Numbered from the stretch's first letter, positions 16,901 to 27,424 are shown. The stretch: DNA of 64,000 nt from a virus (IMGVR_UViG_3300020316_000005:45883-109882), one strand, 5' to 3'. The notes: a model not told the origin generated them from the sequence alone. Numbers and translations are program-made.

Positions 16901-19694
16901 TACCGTGAGTCGCATAATTAGGCGTATAAGCAATGGTTGAACCTGCACGGATTTTATATCTGACTCGCAGATAGTTCTGGGTGCTGAAGGTTTCAGTTGC
17001 GCCAAGGTCTTTCTGGTTGAGAGCACCGTTAAGATATAGATCTGAATTGAAGAGAGTGTCACCTTCAATGTAACCACCACCATCAAAGCGGAAAGCACCG
17101 TAATCGCCCCCAGAGATGACAAAATTGTCATTGGCGTCAGTGGAAATTGTTGGATCATCAGTATCTTCAAGGTGAACGAATTGGGCAACATTCAGAGTGC
17201 CTTCGATGTCAGTGTTACCATTGGTGCTACTGATTTGGAATTTGTTTGCTGTTCCATTGGTAATTGTAAATGTCTTACCAGTGGTATCCAACAGCATATT
17301 GTCGTGGAACGTGGATGCAGCATCCACATCCAAAGTGCTGTTCAGAGTTGTAGCAGCATCAACATCAAGAGTGCTGTTGAAAGTTACACCACCATCAACA
17401 TCGAGGGTGCCATCCGAATGGGTGTTGCCGTTATCAGTATCGATAACAAACTTCTCAGCAGTTCCATCAGTGATGGAGAAGACAGTATTGGGTCCAACAA
17501 CTCTTACGTCGTCTTCAAACGTGCTGTCAGAGTTGACAGTGACAGTATCGCTAGAAGCATTACCAAGAGTCACGTTGCCTTGGATATTCAGGTCACCCTG
17601 AGACAAGACATTACCGTTGGATGCAGTAACATAGAACTTGCCACTGTTTACATCCACATCACCAGCAATATCTGTGGTGCCACCGATGTAAACGTTTTCA
17701 GAAATACCAGCACCACCAGTGACCACGAGGGTTCCAGTTGTGGTGGAAGTGGATCCAGTATTTGTTGTCAGTGAAAGTGCACCTGCCTTCAGGTAAGCAT
17801 CAACTCCACTAAAGACTTCGTTAGTATTGGTTGCGTTATACAGGAATGAATAACCACCTGTACCACCGTCAAGACGAGTTACACTCTCATCCCAACCATA
17901 GAAACCAACTCTTGCTTGTGAATCATAGTAAGAGAACTCAACACCACGGTCCTTACCATCATCAGTTGTAGGAGCAGTGTCGCCACCAAGAACGATGATG
18001 GGATCATCGACTGTGATTGTCGTCGAGTTTACAGTTGTGGTTGTACCATCAACTTGGAGGTTACCACGAATCTGGACAGTACCAGTGATACCATCGTCAT
18101 CCTCAGGATCCAGAACCAACGTACCGTTGCTAGTACCAAGGTGGTTCTCTTGGAAGTAGAAATCTTCTACTTGGACTTTTGCTGCTGCGTCTGTCGCTGT
18201 GAGGACAATTCCATTATCCGCTGTAACGTTAATAATTGCAGTGCCAGAACCAGCGTTATTGGATACAATGTCAAGTACCCTATCAGTCGCAGAAGAAACA
18301 TTGTGATGAATTTTAAGTGATCCAGCGGTACGCTCAATAGTTTGAAGCGGAGTGACACCAGAACGGTCAAGAATAATCTTCTCACCACTGATGTGGGATG
18401 TTACATTGATGTCAACATCACCAGCACCACTGTTACCAGTGTTGTTAGCACCAAACAGCAGGTTACCAGAAGTGTCATTTACCTTAATATAGTTCAGGTA
18501 ATCAAAACCAGTGTGAGCATTTGCTGTTGTCAGCTCATCATCCAGTTCAAAATGCTGAACAGTATTACCATCAGTAAAGATGATTCTATTGTTCTCTAGT
18601 TGAGTATTGTCAACACCACTAAGAGCGATGGTAACGTGACCGTTTGCATCGACATCAAAGTCTTCTTGAGCAAACGAAGCAAGACCTTTCTGCTCAACAG
18701 CAGCGTTATTAAGGAATCTCCAACCGTTGTTATCGCCACTGTTATGTGTCGGTGCTGCTTGACCAGCAGTAATACCAACGTATGCTTGGTATACCCTACC
18801 GCCTTCTTCAATAATATCGTAACGATTATATGCAGTTCCAGAGTTAAATGCGGGATACTTACTGCCTTCAGTTGCCGTTGCAATGGGTACAGTCAGGGCA
18901 GCCGTGAGGCGACCATATCTATCGACGGTAAACTTAGTAGCATTAACAGTTTCGCTACCTGTACCAGAAGATGTCAGTGCTTCAGTATTATAGCTACCGA
19001 CAACAACAGTGGTATCTGCCAGGTCAATGAACGGGTTCTGAGTAGAACCATCAGGAACTGTGAAAATAATACGACCGCCACCACCAGTCAACTGTCTAGT
19101 AACAACGTTGCCCTGAGATGCACGGCAAAGAATACCAACAGTTGTCAGAGTTGACAGTGAAGTCAGGTCATCATCTAATGGTTGAGCGTCAGTGATACCG
19201 TAGTCAGACAGGGTAGACGCAAGTTCTGCACCAACAACACGACCCTGTGAGTTAACACGAACTCTAGTATAGAGTGCTTCAGCGTTAGGATCGTTGGGGT
19301 TATAGTGAGGCAGTGTCGTGATCAGCGACAGATCGGTGTTCAGGTTGAGGTTGGCAGAACCATCAAAAGAACCAGAACCAGTGATCTGACCTGTTAACTG
19401 AATCTGACGTGCGTTTGCAAGACGAGTCGCGGTAGAGGCATTACCAATCAACGTAGCAGTAATGGCACCTGCTTGGAAGTTACCGTCAGCATCACGCTTA
19501 ACAAGAGTGTTTGCAGCGTTAGACTCTGTTTCTAGTGGTCGCTCATATTTCAATGAGTTCCACGGAGTAACGCCATCACCGATTTTAATACGTGACGTGT
19601 CGATCTCGATTCCGAGTTCGCCTTGTGCAAGGATGGGGTTGATGTTTGCCCACTGCTGAGCACCATCACGCCTTAATTGAATTCTATTTGCCAT
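13929..19694 (-). CDS. Long tail or neck fibre protein (1921 aa)
   Basis: Mtd-N-like start (RIQLRRD...W...NPILAQGELG...KIGDG); G/T/S-rich beta repeats; EGxTNLYYT repeats; lies next to g13. Confidence 0.85.
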   Translation of the reverse strand: MANRIQLRRDGAQQWANINPILAQGELGIEIDTSRIKIGDGVTPWNSLKYERPLETESNAANTLVKRDADGNFQAGAITATLIGNASTATRLANARQIQLTGQITGSGSFDGSANLNLNTDLSLITTLPHYNPNDPNAEALYTRVRVNSQGRVVGAELASTLSDYGITDAQPLDDDLTSLSTLTTVGILCRASQGNVVTRQLTGGGGRIIFTVPDGSTQNPFIDLADTTVVVGSYNTEALTSSGTGSETVNATKFTVDRYGRLTAALTVPIATATEGSKYPAFNSGTAYNRYDIIEEGGRVYQAYVGITAGQAAPTHNSGDNNGWRFLNNAAVEQKGLASFAQEDFDVDANGHVTIALSGVDNTQLENNRIIFTDGNTVQHFELDDELTTANAHTGFDYLNYIKVNDTSGNLLFGANNTGNSGAGDVDINVTSHISGEKIILDRSGVTPLQTIERTAGSLKIHHNVSSATDRVLDIVSNNAGSGTAIINVTADNGIVLTATDAAAKVQVEDFYFQENHLGTSNGTLVLDPEDDDGITGTVQIRGNLQVDGTTTTVNSTTITVDDPIIVLGGDTAPTTDDGKDRGVEFSYYDSQARVGFYGWDESVTRLDGGTGGYSFLYNATNTNEVFSGVDAYLKAGALSLTTNTGSTSTTTGTLVVTGGAGISENVYIGGTTDIAGDVDVNSGKFYVTASNGNVLSQGDLNIQGNVTLGNASSDTVTVNSDSTFEDDVRVVGPNTVFSITDGTAEKFVIDTDNGNTHSDGTLDVDGGVTFNSTLDVDAATTLNSTLDVDAASTFHDNMLLDTTGKTFTITNGTANKFQISSTNGNTDIEGTLNVAQFVHLEDTDDPTISTDANDNFVISGGDYGAFRFDGGGYIEGDTLFNSDLYLNGALNQKDLGATETFSTQNYLRVRYKIRAGSTIAYTPNYATHGNSNLRVYGGAGIATDLHIGDDLYIGKLNSGDTVEFSVLGESGNTEIGRVGQGSNSAGTLTVHGEATFNNPTSFTHNVTIGNANSDTLTVNSDATFTDNATVNGDFTVDGNTVLEGNLTVNGSTTTINSTTQTLDDPVFTLGGDTAPSQADAKDRGIEFRYYSGSAKIGFFGWDNSASRFALYHNATNSSEAFSGTRSGIDAGSIKLFDTTNATNSSSGALIVGGGAGIGMDLYVGDDLSVADDTAIGGNLDVTGDFDLTSDFRVNTNKFTVASSSGNTLVAGTFTSAGQATLQQGLAVSSNTTVGGTLGVTAATTLSSTLAVTSNTTVGGTFDVSGASNVNNSLGVTGITTITNASAATTTGSYSGDGALRVTGGASIGGNLVAQGDVRVYGNSVIDGTVNYAGIQTYTEKARFNNSSDAISATNNGASIFTSGGLAVTKKAFIGDDLDVGAGNFTVDGPTGNSAVAGTLGVTGATTLTSLSASGVADLQSTLTLGGNFSINTNKFVVASSTGNTDIAGALDVTGTTELGVLNADNNVDFSGTSIAISNSNSTTNVSGIMRILKSSDSTGYNNTSAAFYTAGGASISKRLNVGGNFMVGGSGGVKTTITATNGNISTDGTLNVAQATTIGGTLGVTGQITGNLTGDVTGTATNADNIDITNTNNNTTFYPMFAAANTGHTGAFVDSQNLTYNPFSNTLSVTNFVSTTNFEVQGNLNVTGTITFFQSQVGSIANHDTDALTEGSTNLYFTEERVDDRVANLITGGTGISATYDDAGNMLTLSAVPADINTDNLTEGSTNIFYTEARFDASLATKDTGDLTEGTNLYYTQARADARVDAGFAAKDTGDLAEGTNLYYTQARVDARIGALAATTAQGALADSATQPGDLATVATTGSYNDLGNLPTLFSGAYADLTGKPTLFSGAYADLTGKPTLGSAAATDSTAYATAAQGTQADTNDTDIDDLFTALNAIGNDASITTVTQLKAALAALTR
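14099..14700 (-). repeat. Intragenic repeats in the fibre C-terminus
   Basis: 42-nt tandem units encoding LFSGAYADLTGKPT, and four TDxLxEGxTNxYxT units. Confidence 0.8.
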
Positions 19695-19742
19695 TTGTAA
19701 TTCAGTTAATATCCGCTGGACGGACAGAATATGCCTCTGTGA

Positions 19743-19750
19743 TATTTATA
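19743..19750 (-). promoter_or_regulatory. Late promoter TATAAATA for the fibre/neck operon
   Basis: Perfect T4 late consensus about 50 nt upstream of the fibre ATG. Confidence 0.85.
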
Positions 19751-19756
19751 CGCAAT

Positions 19757-19778
19757 AAAAAAGGACCCTTGCGGGTCC
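19757..19778 (-). terminator. Rho-independent terminator
   Basis: GGACCC-GCAA-GGGTCC followed by TTTTTT on the minus strand. Confidence 0.9.
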
Positions 19779-19786
19779 AAAGGTTA

Positions 19787-19990
19787 TCAAACGTCCGCGT
19801 TATCAACCTCATCAGGTTGTGCGAGATACTCTAGCGTCTCGATTGCACCCAGAAGCTTAAGTGCTTGATTTTCATTTGCTTTGATTTGGTCTACCATTTT
19901 CTTGTTATCTTCAAGAAGTTGCTGGTAGCGTGCTTTGAAATCACCAAGGAGTTTTTCCTGGTCAACGTTTTCAGATACGTCAGCTGTCAT
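19787..19990 (-). CDS. Small coiled-coil hypothetical protein
   Basis: Heptad-like sequence; directly followed by the terminator. Confidence 0.75.
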   Translation of the reverse strand: MTADVSENVDQEKLLGDFKARYQQLLEDNKKMVDQIKANENQALKLLGAIETLEYLAQPDEVDNADV

Positions 19991-20216
19991 TACGATGCTC
20001 CAATAATTTGTGTAGTAGGGATTTGATTTCCGACAAATCAGATTTTAGCACATCCACCTCGTCTTTCAACGAGTCGATCTGCTCATTCCTCTTTTTCCTT
20101 GCTTTAGCAGCAGTTCCAGGAGGGGTTGCTTTTGTATTTAGAATAGCACCAGATGAGGTATCCCGAACCAAATCGGGATGTCCCTCAACGTGGAGAAAGT
20201 TTTTCTTAGAGGTCAC
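19980..20216 (-). CDS. Small hypothetical protein downstream of the VrlC-like gene
   Basis: VEGHPDLVRDTSSGAILN plus a coiled coil; coupled to neighbours. Confidence 0.8.
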   Translation of the reverse strand: MTSKKNFLHVEGHPDLVRDTSSGAILNTKATPPGTAAKARKKRNEQIDSLKDEVDVLKSDLSEIKSLLHKLLEHRNDS

Positions 20217-23200
20217 TCAGAGCCATTACGCGAAGGTTTCTAATATTAGGAACGTACGCTTGGTTCTTAGATGTCATAATAATCTTGACCTGTGCAGCAG
20301 TAAATTCTGCATTACTTTCAAGACTATACTCTAGATCGCGCAGGAGGTAAGATTCAGTCTTCTGGACTGTCTTATCCTCTTTACCGTTTCCGTTAAAATA
20401 TGTATAACCGATCTCATCGAAGGCAAGCGAGGTGCCAACGGGGAGAATCCTGTACATAACGTAAATCTCAGTGTCAGGATGACGCCAAGCTTCAAATTGA
20501 ACCTTCAAAGTATTTGCAGCATTCAGAAGATTAACCTGCTTAGTAATGTAAACAGCATCATTCTTGTCACCAGCGTTCTTCTCAGCATCAGAACTTGTTT
20601 GTGGAAGTTCGTTGATTCTATTGGAGGTGGTGATCAAAGAGCAACGATCAGTATCAATCACAGGAGTAATTGCTTCGTTCTCTGTGCTCATCAGCAGTTC
20701 CATAGTCAGTGACTTAGCACCACTCAACTTAGCATCTTCATTCACCTGGGAACAAACCAGTTTGGGGAATGTGAGATAGTTGTCTTCGTTCGCGATAACG
20801 TCAAGATAGACGCCATCGTTAATGAAGGATGCATTATCAGTGTTTGCACCATCTTTGATTGATGTTGCAGAAACTGCGTTGAATCTAGGAATAACATCAG
20901 TTTCAGGGAAGTTGTTCATCTGAATCTGAGGCAGGAATTGCTCAAACTGGATGTTCTGAGTTGCAGTAACATTAAATCCACCGTTGTTAATTCCGTTAGT
21001 GGAAACGGATGTAACTGCCAACTTGTAGCTGTCCAGAGTGGGTGCACCAATCTGGGTGTGCAGTTTGTTAATCTCAGTCAGAGGAATACCGTCAAGGTTG
21101 TAGCATTCAACGATACTGTTGGAAGAGTGGACAAGAGCAGTAGTTCCTGCCTTACCACGTGATCCAGAAGGAAGTGTGATGATCTTACCGTCATCGGAGA
21201 TATTGCTATATTCAATAATCTCAAAGTGACGTTGACCAACTTCGGGGTCGCGAATGATGATATAACCAGGGTTGCTAGTTGCAACACCCTGTCCATTGAT
21301 GATTGTGTGGAATGCAGATGCATCAGCAACGTGCAACTGGAATGTACCAGACACACCATCAGCAGCAGTAATACCGTTTGTATGGTATGCAGAGTCAATA
21401 ATTGTGGGAGAAACCTCAGAGATAACTCCTTCAATCTTCACGTTGTTTGCTGTATCGTGCATACAGTGGTTTGCGTGATGCACGGTGATCTCAGTTGCTT
21501 TGTTAAAGTAAGAGATCGGAGCAGCAGGATAATCATTGATGTCATCACCACTGGTAGCAACACCGCCAGCAGCAATAGTACCAGAACCAGTTGTAACAGA
21601 ATCGATTGTTTGAGTGACTGCATCACCAGCAGTGAATGTTCCAGTCACGGACTTAATGGTAACAACACCAGTACCAGAGTTCCATTCAGTCACGATACCA
21701 GATGCACCCTGACCATTTGTAATACTCTGATCTGTTTGGAATGTACCCGTCACACCAGACAATGTGATGTTTGCAATAGATCTAGAAGAAACCAATCTAT
21801 AGATGAAGTTTTGTCCAGATGCAACACCTTCACGGAAACTACCCTGAACATCATCCAAGATGATATAAGCGTTAGACGAACCTTGGACACCTTGGACAAC
21901 TTCGCGAACAATCGCAGAAGGAACAGGTGAAGTATCAGTCTGAGTAATCTCAGCACCGATAGTGAAGTTTGCAACGTGATCAGAAAGGATAACCTTAATC
22001 TCTGGTTTCAGAGTTTCAATCGGGTTATTGCGAAGCTGTGAAATCCCAGCGTTGCCGAGAGCGAGCTCAGCGTTATTAAACACAGCAGTACCAGTTGTGT
22101 TCGGTGTAAACTCCGCTTTGTACAGCACAAACTTGAGGTCTTCGTACTGGTCAGCGGTCCAGGTTGATGCGTTCTGTGACTTGAAGAGGACACCTGCATA
22201 TGGTTGCTCAGAAATCGTTCTGTCGCTTGTCACGTCATCTTCACCCATTCTGGAGATCCAGAGTTTATATTCGTTAGAGTCAGACAGAACAACGAGACAA
22301 TACTCGCGGTTCTCTGTGACATAGATGGGAGAAGCGAAGTTGAATCTGGTAGCAACTGTGCCATTTTCAGACAGATTGATCTGTGAAGGCAGAAGAGTTG
22401 TATCCGAGAAGGCAAGAACCTTCGTGGTCGGATAACCATTTGCCATCTCACGAACCTGAACGGAAACAGGAATCTTCTCGTCTCTTGTGTTGAAGTACAA
22501 ATCGCAACCAGTCAGGAATGCACCACCCTTAGACTCAACCAAGAAGGATTGTGCCAGGGGATCGTACCAACCAGTATCACGAGTAGATGTGCTGCTGTTA
22601 TCAACCGTACGGTTCTGAGTAACAGTATCTCTAACCAGTTCTGCATTTCTAACAGCAAGAATAGTTTGCTGCTTAGTTTCCAGAATACCCGATGCAACGT
22701 AGTTTGCGTTTGCAGCAGAGTCAACCTGACCAGGAATACGAGAGTCATTCGCAGAAGTTGTCAAACGAATAACACGAGTACCAGTCGCAAATCTAGGGTT
22801 GGTGCTTACAGCAGGATTCGGAATCCACATAATACCTTGGAGGTCACCGTTGGTGTTTGCCACCAAACGCTTCTTCTTAACCACGGCACGAGCACCAGAG
22901 GTTTGACCAACAAGAATTTCAGTCTCAATAGGGTTGCCGTAGAAGTCGCCTTGGACAGTCTCCGACATAATCTTGGTGTTGATATTCAAGAGAGGTGTCG
23001 TCGATGCATAGGAGCTAGGCAGCTCAGACTTATCATACGGAGACAGACCATCGTCAAATCCATTGTTAGGATCGACAAGGATGAGTCTACATCCAGATGT
23101 CTGACCAATAACAGTCTCTCCAGTAACAAACGGGGTATCGTTTGTACGAACGTCATCAACAGGATTCTTGATAACTTCGATCAGTTTTGGAGTTGTATAG

Positions 23201-26200
23201 AAGTTAACGTCAACGTTATCAATGAAAGAATAGAATCTGGTGTTGGGCTTCAGACGCTGAATTGAAAATGCAATGTTTCTGGAGCGAATGAACGGAATCA
23301 CTGTTCTTTCGATCGTGTTATCACCCAGTGACTGACGGTCAACTCTAGGCACAACACGTGTTCTCAAACCAGTTCTAGTCTGGTTACGAATGTTAATGTT
23401 AACAGTTCTAGTAATTCTTCTAATAAATGGCCAGTTACCACGACGCATAAACTGAGAAGTTGTTCTAGAGGAGTTGGAAGACCAGTTGGTTCTCCAAGCA
23501 TTCCATTGAACAGGAGCAAAACCAGTGTTCTGGTCAGCACCAAGACGGAGCATAGTCGCTGTAAAGTCTCCTTCCAGGTTCACAACACGGTCAGGAGCAC
23601 GACGAGTATCCACCCAGTCATCAGAAGAGGGGAACAAGTCAAGACGACCGATGTATGCAAACACGTTGAACGGGTTGACGTTCTCAACACGGGATGCATA
23701 GGGTTGAACGATGAACTGAATCTGCTCATATGGAAGAGTCAGAGTTCCAGTTTCGTGCAGAGTAACACCAGTTGATGCTGTCTCGTTGAACTGCAACGGA
23801 ACGTTCGTAGTGTAGTGAGAAGGACGGAGTTCTCCTTTACCAAAGTCGATAGAGCAAGCAAAGTCTTGCTGAGTAGTATCAGCAGAATCAAATGATGTAA
23901 AGCTATCAACTAGGAATCCATTCTTGAACTTATCGAAACCATCACTATCCTTAACAGATGTGGTGCTAGTTTCAAGTTCAAGCAGACTCAAAGAGGTGTA
24001 ATATTCGAGGTTGTCAACACGTCTTTCGATGTGACCAATGTCACGCATTGTGAAACGACGATTGTTCTCTCTAACAATATGGACGTTCTCAGGTCCATAA
24101 CCATATGCTTCGTGATAGAAGGTTGCCAGAAGCATTGCATTATCAATGTCAGCAGGAATATCTTCCGACTCACCAGCAATACCTTTAACAATCTTAAATT
24201 CTTGCTGGTCAGTCAGGAACATCTTGTCGATTCTGCCAACAAAATAATCGTAGTCACAACGGAAATCGGATTCGGGTTTCGGAATATCGATAACCGTAGC
24301 GTTGTTTGCAACACCACCAGATGAGAAACCACGATCTTTGAAGTCCAAAGATGCACAGTTTACATAATACGGGCTACCAACAGTACCAGAACCAGATAGA
24401 ACAGGAGTAACAGCAGGTCTGAAATCAAGGACATCTCTAAGTTCACGGGTTTCACCTAAGATCTTAACTGAAGGAATATCCTTGTAGTTGATACCAACAT
24501 AAGATTGAGATGCAAAATAGTCACCCGTTGCTTCGTGGGTGAATCTATCAAACACAATCATCAACTTACGAAGTGGTTTGGTTGAACCAGCAAAACGAAT
24601 CATCTTAGAGATGTCGTAGAAATGACCTTGCTGGTTGGGATCAAGGAAGAATGTATCGGTAATATTTCTGGAACCGTTGTTAACAGAACCATCGGCGTCG
24701 TTAATCAGACCAGAAATGACATTACCATTAGCATCAAAACCACGGACAGTTTCACCCAGAGTGAAGAAGTTGTCATTCTCATAAACAAAGTGGCAGACAT
24801 AAGACACTGGGTTGAAGTTCACAACACGTGCTTTTGCCTTAGAAGTCAAACCTTCAATGATAGTACCCTTTTGGAAGATGGTTGCATCCTGCATCGTCAG
24901 ATGAGGAATTTGCGCTGCATTGTCATCCAGAGATTCATAAACAGCGTGAATCTTGTAAACGTCAGTAGAACCGAGAGAGATCTCATCATCTTCGATACGT
25001 GTTCCATACAAGGAACCATATGTCAGACCATACTTAACGTTATCAGAAGAGTTTGAAGTTCTTTCGACCTTCATCACTTCCATCTGGGTTGCGTTCTTAA
25101 GTTTCTTCTCCGCTTGGTTCTTGGAGACAGAAGCAATCAAACGACAGGTAGAGACACCAGACAGACCAGAGACGGTCAGAGATGTTCTAGGAGTACCAGT
25201 AGAGTTGAATGTAATATTGGATTCAATATCAATCAAAGTGCCTGCTGTAGGAGCAAGAGACACCAGTTGATAGTGATCCTTATCATATGCCAGGAACTGT
25301 TCGTCAGCAGGCAGAGAGATCGTAAAGTCATTTGCACCAGTAACAGTGATGTCATCAAAGGAACGTGCAACGATTGCAGATTCATCACTAATATTGTTGA
25401 TCGATTCCTTAGGCATCTCGATCATCAGATCAGCAGTCTCTTTGTCATAGACTTGAGCACGCTGTCTCACCAAGAATGCATAGTCACCAGCTGCCAGTCC
25501 GTTACCGCTGTAACTAGCAGTGGTTGCGTTAGTAATTTTGTTGTCAATATTTGTACTGACAGTGCTAATTAGATTGATTTGGAATGTATCAGTACCATTT
25601 GCAGTCAAGATGTCACCAGGACGAATGTCCAGAGTGAAGTTAGACTGTGTACCAGTCAATGTACCAGTAGCACCGCTGCTGCTGATGTTGAAGTTACTAC
25701 CAAGGATAAGTGTCTCACTATCCAAGATAAAGTCACCAGCAAATGTAATAGAGTTTGTGTCAGGGTCTCTACCAGTGATACCTTTAGCATCAGTAATCTC
25801 AAACGAGAACATATCGTTGAGTGTACCGATTTCAACTCCATCACGTTCAATAACTTCACCTGCACGGAAGTTACCATACACCTGATAGACATTAAACATC
25901 TGTCCACCAACAACATCTGCCTCAACAAATGCCTTTGCCTTGGAGCTACGACCACGAATAACGTGACCTTGGGACAGAGTAACAGCAGCATCCATCTTGA
26001 AGATGGTTAGTGGCTGAATATCAAACAGGTATGCTTTGAATACAGTTGAAGTGGAGTTTACATTAGTACCACTATGGTATTCATATGCTGCAACACGTGC
26101 TAGACCAATAACACGACCAGATGCGGTCAGAGCATTATTGGGTGCAACATCACGGAGCTCAACAACCTGATAGTTTGCAGTAATACCAGTACCATTGATG

Positions 26201-27420
26201 ATGGGAGAACCCTTCACGTTGTTCATCAGCATATAGTTGCCGAGTTCAAACGGAATAATCGAGTTCTGGAGACCAACAGTTGTTCTGGGTTTGATCAGGT
26301 CAACATATGTGGGTGCAAGAGTTTCAGACTCAAAACCACGGACATATGCTTTACCAGGACCAACCTCAACACAATAGTGTGCTTCAGAAGATTCAATACC
26401 ATCAGGTGAATTCACACCAGGCAGATAAACACCATCATTGACACCATCATTCTGGTGCTCTCTAACACGGATGTCAAAGTCACGAACGGTATAATCACCA
26501 GATTCGTCGTATGTTCTTCTAGCAAGTTCTCTTGCCAGTTCGTTATATGCGCTTCTCTCAACGAATGTCTCGATCTGAGACTTGTTAATTCTTAAAAGTT
26601 CGATGAAATTCTTATCAGTATCATCATCGATAACTTTTTTGACTAGACTGGTTCTAATTCTAAATCTATGAGCACCAGGTGCCGAATAGTTAGAAGTACC
26701 AGTAGCGTTATCGTTTAGACTCGGATCGTCTTCAGGAGTAACGATCGATTCAAAGATTTCTAGACCAACCCTATAAGAAGGATCGTTTGTATATTGATCA
26801 AGAATAATGGTCTGTTCGTCAACATCGACGAAGTAACCACGGATGAAGTACACACCCTTAGCAACAGATGCAGTCGAACCAACAGCAGTAGCATTAGTTG
26901 GGAGCAACTGAGAGAAAGGAGTTCCGATCTCAATCAGGGAGTTGCCATAAGTGATCTCATTATCACAAATCAACTGCTCGTTATTAACGAAAGTGTTGAT
27001 GTCACTATCATCACCACCAGAGGTCAGATACTTAAGATACAGTGTGATATATCCACGCTCAGAGGTAGCAGCAGGGATAGAGAACAAAACCTTTGCTCTA
27101 ACACCTGTTGTCAGACCTTCAATGATCTTACCATCGAGTTGTTGTCTATATTGCTCAACGTCAGAACCCAAGAAGGATTCCTGCAGCAGAACTGCCTTAG
27201 CGTCCAGATCGTAACCAATCTGACCAGGGATGACCATACTGCCATCCTTGAACATATGCGTACCAAACGATTCAATCTGATTCTGCATCAGAGATTGAAG
27301 CGTAGTCAGTTCACGCGCCTGAATGGGGTACCCAGGACGGAATAGCACTCGGTAAAAATTGTTCTCCTTATCGAAGTCGTCGAAATATGGAGAGATGTTC
27401 AGATTGGTATTCTGAGGCAT
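20206..27420 (-). CDS. VrlC-like / DUF4815 large virion structural protein (2404 aa)
   Basis: PYFDDFD...YRVLFRPG...QARELT start; APGAHR, ARRTYDESGDY, MRDIGHIERRVDNLEYYTSL and DPLAQSF motifs. Confidence 0.9.
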   Translation of the reverse strand: MPQNTNLNISPYFDDFDKENNFYRVLFRPGYPIQARELTTLQSLMQNQIESFGTHMFKDGSMVIPGQIGYDLDAKAVLLQESFLGSDVEQYRQQLDGKIIEGLTTGVRAKVLFSIPAATSERGYITLYLKYLTSGGDDSDINTFVNNEQLICDNEITYGNSLIEIGTPFSQLLPTNATAVGSTASVAKGVYFIRGYFVDVDEQTIILDQYTNDPSYRVGLEIFESIVTPEDDPSLNDNATGTSNYSAPGAHRFRIRTSLVKKVIDDDTDKNFIELLRINKSQIETFVERSAYNELARELARRTYDESGDYTVRDFDIRVREHQNDGVNDGVYLPGVNSPDGIESSEAHYCVEVGPGKAYVRGFESETLAPTYVDLIKPRTTVGLQNSIIPFELGNYMLMNNVKGSPIINGTGITANYQVVELRDVAPNNALTASGRVIGLARVAAYEYHSGTNVNSTSTVFKAYLFDIQPLTIFKMDAAVTLSQGHVIRGRSSKAKAFVEADVVGGQMFNVYQVYGNFRAGEVIERDGVEIGTLNDMFSFEITDAKGITGRDPDTNSITFAGDFILDSETLILGSNFNISSSGATGTLTGTQSNFTLDIRPGDILTANGTDTFQINLISTVSTNIDNKITNATTASYSGNGLAAGDYAFLVRQRAQVYDKETADLMIEMPKESINNISDESAIVARSFDDITVTGANDFTISLPADEQFLAYDKDHYQLVSLAPTAGTLIDIESNITFNSTGTPRTSLTVSGLSGVSTCRLIASVSKNQAEKKLKNATQMEVMKVERTSNSSDNVKYGLTYGSLYGTRIEDDEISLGSTDVYKIHAVYESLDDNAAQIPHLTMQDATIFQKGTIIEGLTSKAKARVVNFNPVSYVCHFVYENDNFFTLGETVRGFDANGNVISGLINDADGSVNNGSRNITDTFFLDPNQQGHFYDISKMIRFAGSTKPLRKLMIVFDRFTHEATGDYFASQSYVGINYKDIPSVKILGETRELRDVLDFRPAVTPVLSGSGTVGSPYYVNCASLDFKDRGFSSGGVANNATVIDIPKPESDFRCDYDYFVGRIDKMFLTDQQEFKIVKGIAGESEDIPADIDNAMLLATFYHEAYGYGPENVHIVRENNRRFTMRDIGHIERRVDNLEYYTSLSLLELETSTTSVKDSDGFDKFKNGFLVDSFTSFDSADTTQQDFACSIDFGKGELRPSHYTTNVPLQFNETASTGVTLHETGTLTLPYEQIQFIVQPYASRVENVNPFNVFAYIGRLDLFPSSDDWVDTRRAPDRVVNLEGDFTATMLRLGADQNTGFAPVQWNAWRTNWSSNSSRTTSQFMRRGNWPFIRRITRTVNINIRNQTRTGLRTRVVPRVDRQSLGDNTIERTVIPFIRSRNIAFSIQRLKPNTRFYSFIDNVDVNFYTTPKLIEVIKNPVDDVRTNDTPFVTGETVIGQTSGCRLILVDPNNGFDDGLSPYDKSELPSSYASTTPLLNINTKIMSETVQGDFYGNPIETEILVGQTSGARAVVKKKRLVANTNGDLQGIMWIPNPAVSTNPRFATGTRVIRLTTSANDSRIPGQVDSAANANYVASGILETKQQTILAVRNAELVRDTVTQNRTVDNSSTSTRDTGWYDPLAQSFLVESKGGAFLTGCDLYFNTRDEKIPVSVQVREMANGYPTTKVLAFSDTTLLPSQINLSENGTVATRFNFASPIYVTENREYCLVVLSDSNEYKLWISRMGEDDVTSDRTISEQPYAGVLFKSQNASTWTADQYEDLKFVLYKAEFTPNTTGTAVFNNAELALGNAGISQLRNNPIETLKPEIKVILSDHVANFTIGAEITQTDTSPVPSAIVREVVQGVQGSSNAYIILDDVQGSFREGVASGQNFIYRLVSSRSIANITLSGVTGTFQTDQSITNGQGASGIVTEWNSGTGVVTIKSVTGTFTAGDAVTQTIDSVTTGSGTIAAGGVATSGDDINDYPAAPISYFNKATEITVHHANHCMHDTANNVKIEGVISEVSPTIIDSAYHTNGITAADGVSGTFQLHVADASAFHTIINGQGVATSNPGYIIIRDPEVGQRHFEIIEYSNISDDGKIITLPSGSRGKAGTTALVHSSNSIVECYNLDGIPLTEINKLHTQIGAPTLDSYKLAVTSVSTNGINNGGFNVTATQNIQFEQFLPQIQMNNFPETDVIPRFNAVSATSIKDGANTDNASFINDGVYLDVIANEDNYLTFPKLVCSQVNEDAKLSGAKSLTMELLMSTENEAITPVIDTDRCSLITTSNRINELPQTSSDAEKNAGDKNDAVYITKQVNLLNAANTLKVQFEAWRHPDTEIYVMYRILPVGTSLAFDEIGYTYFNGNGKEDKTVQKTESYLLRDLEYSLESNAEFTAAQVKIIMTSKNQAYVPNIRNLRVMALSDL

Positions 27421-27424
27421 TGTT

